Origin: Gammaproteobacteria bacterium
GTDB lineage: Bacteria; Pseudomonadota; Gammaproteobacteria; Burkholderiales; SG8-39
DNA length: 34,261 bases
Direction of reading: 5' to 3'
NCBI GenBank assembly: GCA_041490545.1
Contig: JBGPTG010000003.1
Location: 1-34,261, forward strand
The translations under genes were made by a program, and so were the position numbers. The stretch's first letter is position 1. Each line of letters begins with the position of its first letter. The notes under the pieces are model-generated. The model had not been told where the DNA came from. It worked only from the letters and a program-made list of their open reading frames with translations, and did not search any database. Positions 1-11,326 of the stretch are shown piece after piece.

Positions 1-113
1 CCTGCGACCGCGATTCGGTAGAAGTTGAAGTACTTGAGCGACACCCAGAACGAGTCGGATACCGCCCCAGTCTGCAGCGGCCACGACAAGGTGAGGATCG
101 CTGGACCGGCCAT
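1..113 (-). CDS. pilS: PilS-like sensor histidine kinase, N-terminal part (runs off the window)
   Basis: Manual translation from ATG at 113: MAGPAILTLSWPLQTGAVSDSFWVSLKYFNFYRIAVA. The 'SFWxSLxYFNxYR' pattern resembles betaproteobacterial PilS N-termini, and it lies directly downstream of a PP0621-family gene, the usual context. Not in the ORF track. Confidence 0.6.
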   Translation of the reverse strand, partial: MAGPAILTLSWPLQTGAVSDSFWVSLKYFNFYRIAVA

Positions 114-120
114 GCCGGGG

Positions 121-336
121 TTACTTTGTGCCCAAGCGCCGGTGTTCCTCAGAGCAGAAAAAGAAGTCTGCGGCTCCGAGAGCTTCGCTACGCGGCAGAT
201 TGAGCCCGCAGTATGCGCAGGGCACCATCGACTCGGGAGGCGGCGATTCCGCGGTCCGGCGGTGTTTGCGCGCAACACGGGTCAACACCGCGTAAATGAC
301 CACTGCGGCCGCGATCAGGAGAAGGACTTTGGTCAC
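121..336 (-). CDS. PP0621-family small membrane protein with a putative Zn-binding motif
   Basis: N-terminal hydrophobic helix, then MVPCAYCGLNLP...FFCSEEH (CxxC...CxxxH). Confidence 0.8.
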   Translation of the reverse strand: MTKVLLLIAAAVVIYAVLTRVARKHRRTAESPPPESMVPCAYCGLNLPRSEALGAADFFFCSEEHRRLGTK

Positions 337-381
337 GCTGCCATGGGGAAGAGGCGCATCGCCGGTCGCGATGCGTGGCCA

Positions 382-387
382 TTATAC
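382..387 (-). promoter_or_regulatory. Putative sigma70 -10 element for PP0621-pilS
   Basis: Perfect TATAAT on the minus strand about 45 nt upstream of the GTG at 336. No clear -35. Confidence 0.4.
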
Positions 388-416
388 TGGTGTCGGGACC
401 TGAAACGCCTGCGAAC

Positions 417-493
417 TGGTCGGGGTGACTGGATTCGAACCAGCGACACCTGCGTCCCGAACGCAGTACTCTACCAGGCTGAGCTACACCCCG
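417..493 (-). tRNA. tRNA-Pro (anticodon CGG)
   Basis: Reverse complement CGGGGTGTAGCTCAGCCTGGTAGAGTACTGCGTTCGGGACGCAGGTGTCGCTGGTTCGAATCCAGTCACCCCGACCA: 77 nt, anticodon stem CTGCG/CGCAG with loop TT-CGG-GA, T-loop TTCGAAT, encoded CCA. Confidence 0.97.
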
Positions 494-534
494 ACTGGGA
501 CGGGCGGCGTTGCGAAGAGGAGCACATCGGGAAA

Positions 535-1503
535 CTAGTAATCGCGCTCCACCGCGAAAGTAGCCAATTCTAACAAAGAATTCTTGTAAGTTGAATTTGG
601 CAGCGAGGCGATAGCCTCGCGCGCCGAGTGCGCCTCGTTCTTCGCCCTCTCCCGAACGTAGTCCAGCGCCCCAGTCGCATGCACCGCCTGGACAACCCCC
701 CCGAATCCGTCGCGCCCCCCCTGCTCGATCGCCAGTCGCACGAGGTCCGCCTGCTCACGCGAGCCGCGCTGCATCACGTAAATCAAGGGCAGCGTCGGCT
801 TTCCCTCGTTAAGGTCATCCCCCAGGTTCTTTCCGGTGTGGGACGCATCGCCGAAATAGTCAAGGACGTCGTCGATCAGCTGGAACGCGGTGCCAAGGTG
901 CATCCCGTATCGAGCGAGTCCGCGTTCGATTTCGCCGTCCGAGTCGCCCAGAATGGCACCCAGCTGCGCGGCAGCTTCGAACAACTTGGCGGTCTTGCGC
1001 CGGATGACCTCTAGATAGCTGGCCTCGCTGATCGCGAAATTATGAGCATGCAACAACTGCAACACTTCGCCCTCCGCAATGGCATTGGTCGCGTCCGAGA
1101 GCACTTCCATGACCCGCATGCTGCGCACTCCGACCATCATCTGGAAAGAGCGCGAGTACAGGAAGTCGCCAACCAGCACGCTCGCGGCATTGCCGAACTC
1201 GGCATTTGCCGTCTTCCGGCCCCTGCGCAACTCGGACTCGTCGACCACGTCGTCGTGCAGCAGCGTCGCCGTGTGGATGAACTCGACCACCGCCGCGAGT
1301 TCGACGTGATGCTCGCCGCGGTACCCGGTCGCCCCGGCGGCCAGGAGCACGAGCGCCGGCCGCAACCGCTTGCCCCCCCCGGCGATGATGTACTCCGCAA
1401 TCTGACGGATCAGAACCACGTCCGAGGCAAGCCGACGCCTGATCACAGCGTCGACCTCGGCCATGTCTGCGGCGATGAGGTTACGGAGAAGTTCGGGCTG
1501 CAA
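535..1503 (-). CDS. ispB: Octaprenyl-diphosphate synthase
   Basis: GGKRLRP, LLHDDVVD and FQLIDDVLD prenyltransferase motifs; divergent from rplU as usual. Confidence 0.95.
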   Translation of the reverse strand: MQPELLRNLIAADMAEVDAVIRRRLASDVVLIRQIAEYIIAGGGKRLRPALVLLAAGATGYRGEHHVELAAVVEFIHTATLLHDDVVDESELRRGRKTANAEFGNAASVLVGDFLYSRSFQMMVGVRSMRVMEVLSDATNAIAEGEVLQLLHAHNFAISEASYLEVIRRKTAKLFEAAAQLGAILGDSDGEIERGLARYGMHLGTAFQLIDDVLDYFGDASHTGKNLGDDLNEGKPTLPLIYVMQRGSREQADLVRLAIEQGGRDGFGGVVQAVHATGALDYVRERAKNEAHSAREAIASLPNSTYKNSLLELATFAVERDY

Positions 1504-1564
1504 AGGGGACTAGAGCACAGCGGGATTCGGCTCGGCGGCGGGAACGGAGCATAGCACAATTCTT

Positions 1565-1594
1565 TTAACCACACCCGCTAAAGGTATGTATAAT
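1565..1594 (+). promoter_or_regulatory. Putative sigma70 promoter for rplU-rpmA
   Basis: TTAACC (1565-1570), 18 bp spacer, perfect TATAAT (1589-1594). Confidence 0.55.
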
Positions 1595-1622
1595 CTCATG
1601 TTTTCGTCATTGGGGGCGGACC

Positions 1623-1937
1623 ATGTACGCGGTAGTCAAGACTGGGGGCAAGCAGTACCGTGTTTCCGCCGGGGAAAAACTGAGAATCGAAAAGCTGGCG
1701 GCTTCCGTGGGCAGCGAACTCGTGCTCGACCAGGTTCTGCTCGTTGGCGAGGGGCAGTCACTGCAAGTTGGAAATCCCATGGTAAACGGCGCTTCGGTCA
1801 AAGCCAAGATCGTGTCGCATGGCCTGGCCGAAAAAGTGATGACCTTCAAGATGCGCAGGCGAAAGAATTCCAAGAGGCACCGGGGTCACCGGCAGGGCTA
1901 CACCGAAATCCAGATCACCGGCATTACCGCGGCCTAG
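1623..1937 (+). CDS. rplU: 50S ribosomal protein L21
   Basis: [14 protein letters not shown]...[11 protein letters not shown]. Confidence 0.98.
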   Translation: MYAVVKTGGKQYRVSAGEKLRIEKLAASVGSELVLDQVLLVGEGQSLQVGNPMVNGASVKAKIVSHGLAEKVMTFKMRRRKNSKRHRGHRQGYTEIQITGITAA

Positions 1938-1962
1938 GCGCCGCAGGAAAGAAGGAAACACC

Positions 1963-2223
1963 ATGGCACATAAGAAGGCGGGCGGCAGTTCCCGCAACGG
2001 GCGCGACTCCCAGGCAAAGCGCCTCGGGGTAAAGCGATTCGGCGGCCAGTCGGTTGCTGCGGGCAGCATCATCGTCCGCCAACGCGGCACCCGAGTCCAT
2101 CCGGGAGACAATGTGGGTATTGGCAAGGATCACACCTTGTTTGCAAAGATCAGCGGCAAGATCCAGTTCAGATTCAAGGGGCCGGATCGCAAGCAGACTG
2201 TCAGTGTGATCCCGGCTTCCTGA
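1963..2223 (+). CDS. rpmA: 50S ribosomal protein L27
   Basis: [24 protein letters not shown]...IIVRQRGT. Confidence 0.98.
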   Translation: MAHKKAGGSSRNGRDSQAKRLGVKRFGGQSVAAGSIIVRQRGTRVHPGDNVGIGKDHTLFAKISGKIQFRFKGPDRKQTVSVIPAS

Positions 2224-2241
2224 GAACAAACTCATCCCAAC

Positions 2242-4414
<2,173 letters not shown>

Positions 4415-4478
4415 AAGGTCCGGAAGGCTGGCCCGTCCAATCGCCGTCCGCGGAATCGGAGGCGAAATGAAACCCGGG

Positions 4479-5027
4479 TCATCGTGCGGGAAACCTGTGC
4501 CGATCAAGCGTCTTTGCAGCGTCCCCGGCGTTCCGCGGTGGAACGTGTCCGGGGCAGAAGAATTCCTCCGCGAGCACGGCGTGCTGCCGGTTCGCCTGTG
4601 CGCCGCTGATCGGTATCCACAAAGGGTTTCGCGACTGAGACCAGGTCCCGTCGGATCGGCCAAACGCGTAGGTCCGGTGTTCGTAAGTCTTGCAGCGAAT
4701 GGCTTCGTAGCTGACATTCGTGGCTCCGCTCGAGCTTAGCGCCACGAGGATGTACCTGACCGCGCCGTCGGGCGTGACGCTGACCGAAGCGATGTCTACG
4801 AAAAACTGAAAAGAGGTGTTTGGGCCGACATAGATTCCGGCCAGACTTTCCGGCTTCGGATAAGCTGGGAGCAGCACCTTTTGCTGCTCCCAGGTCTTCT
4901 CGTCAAAGCTGTCCGGGATGGCTTGCGGCGCGGACGGAACTGTGGCGCAGGCCGCCACTGTAACTACTGCAACCACTGCAACTACTACAACTACTGCAAA
5001 AGCAGGAAACTGCCGCGCCAACTTCAA
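4479..5027 (-). CDS. CNP1-like family lipoprotein
   Basis: Signal peptide with lipobox-like VAA-C; WxE...LPAYP, FFVD..S.SV..DG.VRY, GATNVSYEAIRC typical of betaproteobacterial CNP1-like proteins. Confidence 0.75.
   Translation of the reverse strand: MKLARQFPAFAVVVVVAVVAVVTVAACATVPSAPQAIPDSFDEKTWEQQKVLLPAYPKPESLAGIYVGPNTSFQFFVDIASVSVTPDGAVRYILVALSSSGATNVSYEAIRCKTYEHRTYAFGRSDGTWSQSRNPLWIPISGAQANRQHAVLAEEFFCPGHVPPRNAGDAAKTLDRHRFPAR
4954..4998. repeat. Five degenerate 9-bp tandem units
   Basis: GCCACTGTA ACTACTGCA ACCACTGCA ACTACTACA ACTACTGCA; encodes the Val/Ala-rich signal-peptide core on the minus strand. Confidence 0.8.
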
Positions 5028-5605
5028 GCCAGGTCCTTGGCGAGCGCCGTCCGGACCGGCTTCGGAACCTCCACCCTCGTGGTGTATCGCGGGTGTTCGA
5101 CGCCTAGCGCAAGGCTTGCACCCGATTTGAATGCATCAGCCGCTCTTTCGGGGAACTCGAATCGAAGAAAGTGAACCGCCGAGGTCTTCGTTTCGTTCTC
5201 CCGCTCCAGATCTTCGTCCGCAAAAGCCCAAACTCGCTCGCATCCCTCCACCTGGATCCATACCTTGTCCTCGATCCCGATCAGTTCTTCGAGCCTGCTG
5301 CTGCGCTCGTGCGGGTCGGGGTATTCGAGCATCATGCTTGCCTTGAGGTTCTGTCCGTCGGGAATGAGGGGATTGTAGGTATCGAGCTCCTCCTGGATAC
5401 CCTTTTCCTCGAATATTCGCTCCACGCGAAGCATCTCCTGCACCTGATAGCGGATCGTGAGCTCATCCTCGAAAACGAGCAGGAGATTCTCACCGAGTTG
5501 CACGAGTCGGTTTTTCTTGTGAGCCATGACCTTGGCTCGAAATTGCAGTCGTTCGCGCGCGTACTCCTCCAATGTCATCAGGCTCGCGCGCTCGATGCGT
5601 GGCAT
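5024..5605 (-). CDS. DUF3501 family protein
   Basis: Start reassigned to ATG 5605 (MPRIERASLMTLEEY); FEDELTIRYQVQEMLRVE, YNPLIP, KTSAVHFLRF. Confidence 0.85.
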   Translation of the reverse strand: MPRIERASLMTLEEYARERLQFRAKVMAHKKNRLVQLGENLLLVFEDELTIRYQVQEMLRVERIFEEKGIQEELDTYNPLIPDGQNLKASMMLEYPDPHERSSRLEELIGIEDKVWIQVEGCERVWAFADEDLERENETKTSAVHFLRFEFPERAADAFKSGASLALGVEHPRYTTRVEVPKPVRTALAKDLA

Positions 5606-5613
5606 GACGCCGC

Positions 5614-6942
5614 TCAGATTCCGTATGCGATCCGCAGCAGCGAAAGAGGATGCATCTTGCGCGCTTGCGTCGGACCCATGCCGTGCTGCACGTGGCTGGC
5701 CGCAATCGGACAGTCCGAACTGATGAAATCCGGGTCGCCGTTGGCCATCTGGCGGAACACCGGCGCACCGATTTTCATGGAGTTGTCGTAGTACTCGGAT
5801 TTGACTCCCCAGGTGCCATCGTGCCCCGAGCAACGCTCCACCGTCGTCAGCGTCGTGCCGGGAACCATCTGCAGGACTTCGCGGGTCTTTTGGCCAATGT
5901 TCTGCACCCGGGAGTGGCACGGAATATGGTAGGAGACTTTCCCAAGCGGATTCCGAAAATCTGTCTTCAGCAAGCCATCTCGAAAGCGCATGACGAGGTA
6001 TTCGAACGGGTCGAGTGTCGCGTCGCTTACCGCCTTTACGTCGACATCCTCGGGGAAGAGAAGGGGCAGCTCTTTCTTGAACATCAGCGTGCAGGAGGGC
6101 ACTGGCGCGAGAATTGCATAACCCTCGCGGGCGAGTTTCGCAAGATTCGGGATGTTCACCGCCTTGAGACGCTCCACACCCGCGAGATCCCCCAGCTCGA
6201 GCTTGGGCATCCCGCAGCAGGCTTCCTTGGCGACGATTGCGTACGGGATTTCGTTGTGGTCGAGAACGGCCAGCAAATCGTGACCAATCCCCGGTTCGTT
6301 GTAGTTGACGTAGCAGGTCGAAAATATTGCTGCTTTGCCAGGAGCGCGAGTGCCAGTTTTCGGCTGGTAATCCCGGCTCGCTGCTGCTTTTTGACGAAAC
6401 TTCCCGGGACTATAGGACGGCAACGGCCTGCGCCGGTCGACGCCGATCATTTTTTCCATGACCGTCCGCGCGGCGGAGTTCCGGTTGGCTGCATTGATTA
6501 CCTGCGCCACCACCGGGATTGCCGCAAGCTTGCCCATCGCGTCGGTCGCCGACAACAGCCGATCTCGGACGCGCACTTGTCCGTTCTTGTACTTCACGGC
6601 CTTGGCGCGCAGCATGAGATGCGGGAAGTCCACGTTCCAGGGGTGCGGGGGAACATAGGGGCACTTGGTCATATAGCACATGTCGCAGAGATAACACTGG
6701 TCCACCACCTTCAAGAACTGCGACTTCTCGACTCCGTCCACCCCGAGCGTCGTGCTTGCGTCTACCAAGTCGAATAGCGTCGGAAACGCGGTGCACAGGT
6801 TGACGCACCGCCGGCAACCGTGGCAGATGTCGAAAACCCGCTCCATTTCGGCAAGGACCTTGGTTTCGTCGTAGTACTGCGGTGTACACCACTCGATCGG
6901 ATGCCGCGTAGGAGCGTCTAAACTCCCTTCTCGAACTGTCAT
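5614..6942 (-). CDS. Fe-S oxidoreductase (GlpC/HdrD-like, two 4Fe-4S motifs plus CCG domains)
   Basis: CHGCRRCVNLC, CYLCDMCYMTKCP, ACCGMP, HIPCH, RCSGHDG, SDCP. Confidence 0.88.
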   Translation of the reverse strand: MTVREGSLDAPTRHPIEWCTPQYYDETKVLAEMERVFDICHGCRRCVNLCTAFPTLFDLVDASTTLGVDGVEKSQFLKVVDQCYLCDMCYMTKCPYVPPHPWNVDFPHLMLRAKAVKYKNGQVRVRDRLLSATDAMGKLAAIPVVAQVINAANRNSAARTVMEKMIGVDRRRPLPSYSPGKFRQKAAASRDYQPKTGTRAPGKAAIFSTCYVNYNEPGIGHDLLAVLDHNEIPYAIVAKEACCGMPKLELGDLAGVERLKAVNIPNLAKLAREGYAILAPVPSCTLMFKKELPLLFPEDVDVKAVSDATLDPFEYLVMRFRDGLLKTDFRNPLGKVSYHIPCHSRVQNIGQKTREVLQMVPGTTLTTVERCSGHDGTWGVKSEYYDNSMKIGAPVFRQMANGDPDFISSDCPIAASHVQHGMGPTQARKMHPLSLLRIAYGI

Positions 6943-7044
6943 TGCGGAACCAGAACCGTTGCGCTGACGATGACTCGGCGAGGCGCGAGGTCCCTAGGAC
7001 ATCTCACGGCCGCAGAGTTGAGGTGCGCGGTACCGAGCTCAAGC

Positions 7045-7464
7045 CTAGTCGGCAAGCGCGTCGAGCGCCTTCTGAAAGCGGTTTGCGTGGGAACGCTCCG
7101 CTTTTGCCAGCGTTTCGAACCAGTCGGCGATTTCGGAAAATCCCTCCTGCCGTGCCATCTTGGCCATGCCCGGGTACATGTCGGTATATTCGTGCGTTTC
7201 TCCGGCGATTGCCGCCTTGAGATTCGAACGCGTACTGCCGATCGGCAGATCGGTGGCAGGATCACCGACCTGCTCCATATACTCCAGATGTCCATGTGCG
7301 TGGCCCGTTTCGCCCTCGGCCGTGGAACGGAAAACGGCGGCAACATCGTTCTGGCCTTCGACGTCGGCCTTGGCCGCGAAATACAGATAGCGTCGGTTGG
7401 CTTGAGACTCACCGGCGAAGGCAGCCTTCAGATTGCCATGCGTTTTCGTGCCCTTGAGTTGCAT
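7045..7464 (-). CDS. rbr: Rubrerythrin (short form without a rubredoxin domain)
   Basis: [39 protein letters not shown] diiron motifs; 139 aa. Confidence 0.93.
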   Translation of the reverse strand: MQLKGTKTHGNLKAAFAGESQANRRYLYFAAKADVEGQNDVAAVFRSTAEGETGHAHGHLEYMEQVGDPATDLPIGSTRSNLKAAIAGETHEYTDMYPGMAKMARQEGFSEIADWFETLAKAERSHANRFQKALDALAD

Positions 7465-7510
7465 CAGAGTCTCCTAAGGTTGGTGCGCAGATCGCCGCGC
7501 AAATCAAATA

Positions 7511-7529
7511 TATTAGACTTACTCTAATA
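7511..7529. promoter_or_regulatory. Palindromic operator (7-5-7), Fur/Irr/PerR-family-like
   Basis: TATTAGA-CTTAC-TCTAATA, a perfect inverted repeat in an AT-rich patch upstream of rbr. Confidence 0.65.
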
Positions 7530-7538
7530 ACTGGAACT

Positions 7539-7568
7539 ACTTTAACGCGATGGTTGGCGGGATGTCAA
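7539..7568 (-). promoter_or_regulatory. Putative sigma70 promoter for the rbr operon
   Basis: Minus strand TTGACA (7568-7563), 18 bp spacer, TAAAGT (7544-7539). Confidence 0.6.
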
Positions 7569-7602
7569 GCTCAACGCCGGCCTTTGGGTCTGGGCCGTGC
7601 GG

Positions 7603-8118
7603 CTAGCGGGATGCCGTTTCCTCGGGCGGCAACTTGCGCCGCGGACCGCGGATCAGGAAGCGCGCGAGTTCGTTGAGCGCCTGCTGGTACACGTCTCTCT
7701 TGAAATCGATCACGGAATCCAGCGGCACCCAGTAGTCGTTCCAACGCCACGCGTCAAACTCCGGTTTCTCCGACCCTCGCAAGTGCACGTCGCAGTCCCG
7801 CCCGACGAGTCGCAGCAGGAACCAGATCTGCTTCTGCCCGCGGTAGCTACCGCGCCAATCGCGCTTGAGCCACTGCTCGGGCACTTCGTAACGCAGCCAG
7901 TCGCGCGTCCGCCCCAGGATCTTCACATGATTGGGCAGCAGACCCACTTCTTCCTGCAACTCCCGGTACATGGCCTGGACCGGCGTTTCTCCGAGCTTGA
8001 TCCCGCCCTGCGGAAATTGCCAGGAATGCTCTCTGACGCGCTTGCCCCAGAACACCTCGCTGCGCAAGTTGCAGAGAATGATGCCGACGTTCGGCCGGTA
8101 GCCGTCTCGATCGAGCAT
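7603..8118 (-). CDS. rppH: RNA pyrophosphohydrolase (Nudix)
   Basis: Start reassigned to [14 protein letters not shown]; WQFPQGG, Nudix box [17 protein letters not shown]. Confidence 0.96.
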   Translation of the reverse strand: MLDRDGYRPNVGIILCNLRSEVFWGKRVREHSWQFPQGGIKLGETPVQAMYRELQEEVGLLPNHVKILGRTRDWLRYEVPEQWLKRDWRGSYRGQKQIWFLLRLVGRDCDVHLRGSEKPEFDAWRWNDYWVPLDSVIDFKRDVYQQALNELARFLIRGPRRKLPPEETASR

Positions 8119-8245
8119 GTGCAATCCAGCAGTAACCCCTTGGCCCCATTCTTTCATAAATCGCTGCCGATTTGAACAACCTCCCGGCAGACTGCCCGAC
8201 CCGGGAGTTCAAGTAGAATGTGAGGCCTCTCCTGTCTACCCTGGT

Positions 8246-9955
8246 ATGCGCGCTTCCCGATATTTTCTTGCGACCCTCAAGGAAGCTCCGGCCGACGCCG
8301 AGCTGACCAGCCACAAACTGATGGTGCGTGCCGGCCTGATCCGGCGGCTTGCGGGCGGCATCTACACGTGGATGCCGATGGGGCTGCGGGTGACTCGCAA
8401 AGTCGAGGCGATCGTTCGAGAAGAGATGAACCGCGCGGGCGCGATAGAGCTGTTCATGCCGGCGGTGCAGCCCGCCGAATTGTGGCAGGAGTCGGGCCGG
8501 TGGCAGCAGTACGGACCCGAGCTGCTGCGAGTCAGGGACCGCCACGATCGCGAATTCTGCATCGGCCCGACGCACGAAGAAGTGATCACTGACATCGCCA
8601 GGCGTGAGATCCGCAGCTACAGGCAGCTGCCTGTCCATTTTTACCAAATCCAGACCAAGTTTCGTGACGAAATCCGCCCTCGCTTCGGCGTGATGCGTGG
8701 ACGCGAGTTCACCATGAAGGATGGATACTCTTTTCACGCCAACTATGGAGACCTGCAGCGGGAATACCAGAACATGTACGACACGTACTCAAGGATTTTT
8801 TCGCGCCTGGGCCTGAAATTCCGAGCAGTCGCCGCAGACCCCGGGTCTATTGGTGGCACCGGCTCGCACGAGTTCCACGTGCTTGCAGATTCCGGGGAAG
8901 ATGCCATCGCCTACTGTCCGAGTTCAGACTACGCCGCAAACGTGGAGCTTGCGGAAGCGCCGGCACCGAACGCGTCGCGGGGTTTACCCAGGGAGGCGAT
9001 GCAGAAAGTCCCTACCCCCGGCCAGACCCGATGCGAGGAGGTGGCCGAGATGCTTGGAGTTCCGCTGAAGAGCACGGTCAAAGCGATCGCGGTCATGCAC
9101 GGCAAGGAATTCGCGCTCCTGCTCGTACGGGGAGACCACGCGCTAAACGAAATCAAGGTTCAAAAGATCCAGGCAATGGATCCGTTTCGCTTTGCCAATG
9201 ATTCGGAGATCCTGGAGCATCTCGGGTGCAAGCCCGGATATATCGGCCCGATGGGCGTACGCGCCGGCATCAGAGTCGTTGCGGACCGTACGGTAGCCGC
9301 AATGAGTGATTTCGTCTGTGGGGCCAATGAGGAAGGGTTTCACCTGCGCGGTGTCAACTTCGGCCGGGATTGCCCGGAACCCGTGCAGATCGCTGACATT
9401 CGCAAGGTCGTCGCTGGCGATCCCAGTCCCGACGGCAACGGCGTACTGGAAATCCAGCGTGGCATCGAGGTCGGTCACGTGTTCCAGCTGCGCACCAAGT
9501 ACTCCCAGGTGATGAAAGCAACCTTCCTGGACGAAACCGGCAACGCACGCCCGTTCGAGATGGGTTGTTATGGTATCGGGATCACGCGCATCGTCGGCGC
9601 CGCAGTCGAGCAGAATCACGATGAACGCGGCATTGTTTTCCCTGAGTCAATCGCGCCGTTCCAAGTCGCTCTGGTTCCGATCGGATACGCCAAGAGCGCC
9701 GCGGTTCGCGATGCCGCCGACACGCTCTACGGGGAATTAACGGCATCTGGGATTGAAGTGCTGTTCGATGACCGCGACGAGCGCCCGGGAGTCATGCTGG
9801 CCGACATGGAACTCATCGGAATCCCGCATCGCCTGGTCGTAGGTGAGCGTAGTCTCAAGGAGGGAGTCGTCGAATATCAGGCTCGGCGCGATTCGAAGGC
9901 CGAAAAACTGGAAAAGGCGGAAGCCTTGGCACGGCTGCGCTCCAGACTGTGCTGA
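8246..9955 (+). CDS. proS: Proline--tRNA ligase
   Basis: Start reassigned to ATG 8246 ([13 protein letters not shown]); [26 protein letters not shown] editing domain, GCYGIG. Confidence 0.97.
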   Translation: MRASRYFLATLKEAPADAELTSHKLMVRAGLIRRLAGGIYTWMPMGLRVTRKVEAIVREEMNRAGAIELFMPAVQPAELWQESGRWQQYGPELLRVRDRHDREFCIGPTHEEVITDIARREIRSYRQLPVHFYQIQTKFRDEIRPRFGVMRGREFTMKDGYSFHANYGDLQREYQNMYDTYSRIFSRLGLKFRAVAADPGSIGGTGSHEFHVLADSGEDAIAYCPSSDYAANVELAEAPAPNASRGLPREAMQKVPTPGQTRCEEVAEMLGVPLKSTVKAIAVMHGKEFALLLVRGDHALNEIKVQKIQAMDPFRFANDSEILEHLGCKPGYIGPMGVRAGIRVVADRTVAAMSDFVCGANEEGFHLRGVNFGRDCPEPVQIADIRKVVAGDPSPDGNGVLEIQRGIEVGHVFQLRTKYSQVMKATFLDETGNARPFEMGCYGIGITRIVGAAVEQNHDERGIVFPESIAPFQVALVPIGYAKSAAVRDAADTLYGELTASGIEVLFDDRDERPGVMLADMELIGIPHRLVVGERSLKEGVVEYQARRDSKAEKLEKAEALARLRSRLC

Positions 9956-10617
9956 AACTGGCGCTCATCGGCCTGGCGACGGCGCTGGCCACGGATGCAC
10001 TGGCCGGCAGCCAGATATACGAACCCCTTGCTGCGGAAGTTCGGGCGGATCTGCAGTCGTCCATCGCGGACCGTCCAGCGCCGCGTCACGGATTCAGCAA
10101 CTCGACTGCGGCCGTCAACTGGCTGGCAGAAATGTCCCAGCGGCTGGAGAAGAAAATGCCCGATTTTCGATCGCGGGTGGATTTCCTCCGTACCGTGCAC
10201 TTCGAGGCCATTCGCGCCGGACTAGACCCGCAGCTCGTGCTGGCGTTGATACAAGTGGAAAGCAGGTTCCGGAAGTTTGCAGTTTCCCGTTCCGGCGCCC
10301 GGGGCTATATGCAGGTTATGCCATTCTGGATCGGGCTGGTCGGCCGCAAGAGCGACAATCTATTCAATCTGCGCACCAACCTGCGCTACGGATGCGTCAT
10401 TCTCAAGCACTACCTCAAGGTCGATAGAGGCGACCTGTTCCGGGCACTCGCGCGCTATAACGGCACCATGGGCAGGACGGACTACCCGAACCAGGTATTT
10501 GCCGCCTGGCGCGTGCTGTGGCGATACGAGGGACAGCTGGCGGCGGCGCCTGCCCCAGGACTGCGCATCATCGGCTTGCGCGATCAGGCAGGAAACAAGG
10601 TCGCAATCGTAGCCTGA
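9949..10617 (+). CDS. Lytic transglycosylase (SLT domain), secreted
   Basis: Signal peptide; IQVES catalytic Glu, [22 protein letters not shown]. Confidence 0.9.
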   Translation: MLKLALIGLATALATDALAGSQIYEPLAAEVRADLQSSIADRPAPRHGFSNSTAAVNWLAEMSQRLEKKMPDFRSRVDFLRTVHFEAIRAGLDPQLVLALIQVESRFRKFAVSRSGARGYMQVMPFWIGLVGRKSDNLFNLRTNLRYGCVILKHYLKVDRGDLFRALARYNGTMGRTDYPNQVFAAWRVLWRYEGQLAAAPAPGLRIIGLRDQAGNKVAIVA

Positions 10618-11297
10618 ACCGCGCGCGCAGCTTCCCGCGGGTCCGGCGCCTGGCGTATCGGCCTGCCGACGACGATGTAGTCGGCGCCATTGGCAAAAGC
10701 CTGCGCCACATCCACGGTGCGCTTCTGGTCGTCTGCAGGACGATTCTCCACTGGACGGATTCCTGGCGTCACCACCAGCAAGCGCGAGCCGAGCTCGCGC
10801 CGGAGCGCTCGCGCCTCCAGCCCCGAGGAAATCACCCCGTCGCATCCTGCCTCGAGCGCCCGCCTGGCCCGCGACAACACCAGCTTCTCGACATCACATT
10901 TAAATCCCAGATCATCGAGGTCCCCGCGGTCCAGGCTGGTAAGGGCCGTCACCGCGAGAATCTTGACGTCGCCCTTTTCCTTGCCGGCAGCTTCGAGCAT
11001 GGCCTGGTTGCCATGCACGGTCGCGAAAGTCACTCTCCTATCGCGCAGCCCACGCACCGCCGCGCGAACCGTTTCGGGAACGTCGAAGAACTTCAGGTCG
11101 ACAAATACCTTCTTACCTCGATCTGCAAGCCAATCGACGAGGCCGAAGTAGCCATCGGTCATGAACAATTCCAGCCCCAGCTTGTAGAAACTCACCTCGT
11201 CCCCCAATCGGTCGACAAGGGACTGCGCCTGAGCGACGTCCGGGACGTCCAGAGCAACGATGAGGCGCTGATCACGCGAAATAGATTTCGAAGTCAT
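10584..11297 (-). CDS. pyrF: Orotidine-5'-phosphate decarboxylase
   Basis: IVALD, YKLG, DLKFFDVPETV, VTPGIR, VVGRPI. Confidence 0.95.
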   Translation of the reverse strand: MTSKSISRDQRLIVALDVPDVAQAQSLVDRLGDEVSFYKLGLELFMTDGYFGLVDWLADRGKKVFVDLKFFDVPETVRAAVRGLRDRRVTFATVHGNQAMLEAAGKEKGDVKILAVTALTSLDRGDLDDLGFKCDVEKLVLSRARRALEAGCDGVISSGLEARALRRELGSRLLVVTPGIRPVENRPADDQKRTVDVAQAFANGADYIVVGRPIRQAPDPREAARAVQATIATLFPA

Positions 11298-11326
11298 CAG
11301 TGAAGCTATCCTTCAATCGGGCAATT

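Noticed and set aside
337-493. tRNA-Pro as an integration site for an island
   Set aside because: No integrase and no duplicated tRNA 3' end seen; the downstream genes are core-like.
25-573. 182-aa plus-strand ORF
   Set aside because: Runs antisense across the tRNA-Pro, PP0621 and pilS; 'GRGDWIRTSD' is simply a translated tRNA.
5650-6777. 375-aa plus-strand ORF, and similarly 14207-15331 and 11901-13223
   Set aside because: Shadow or alternative frames of clearly identified genes.
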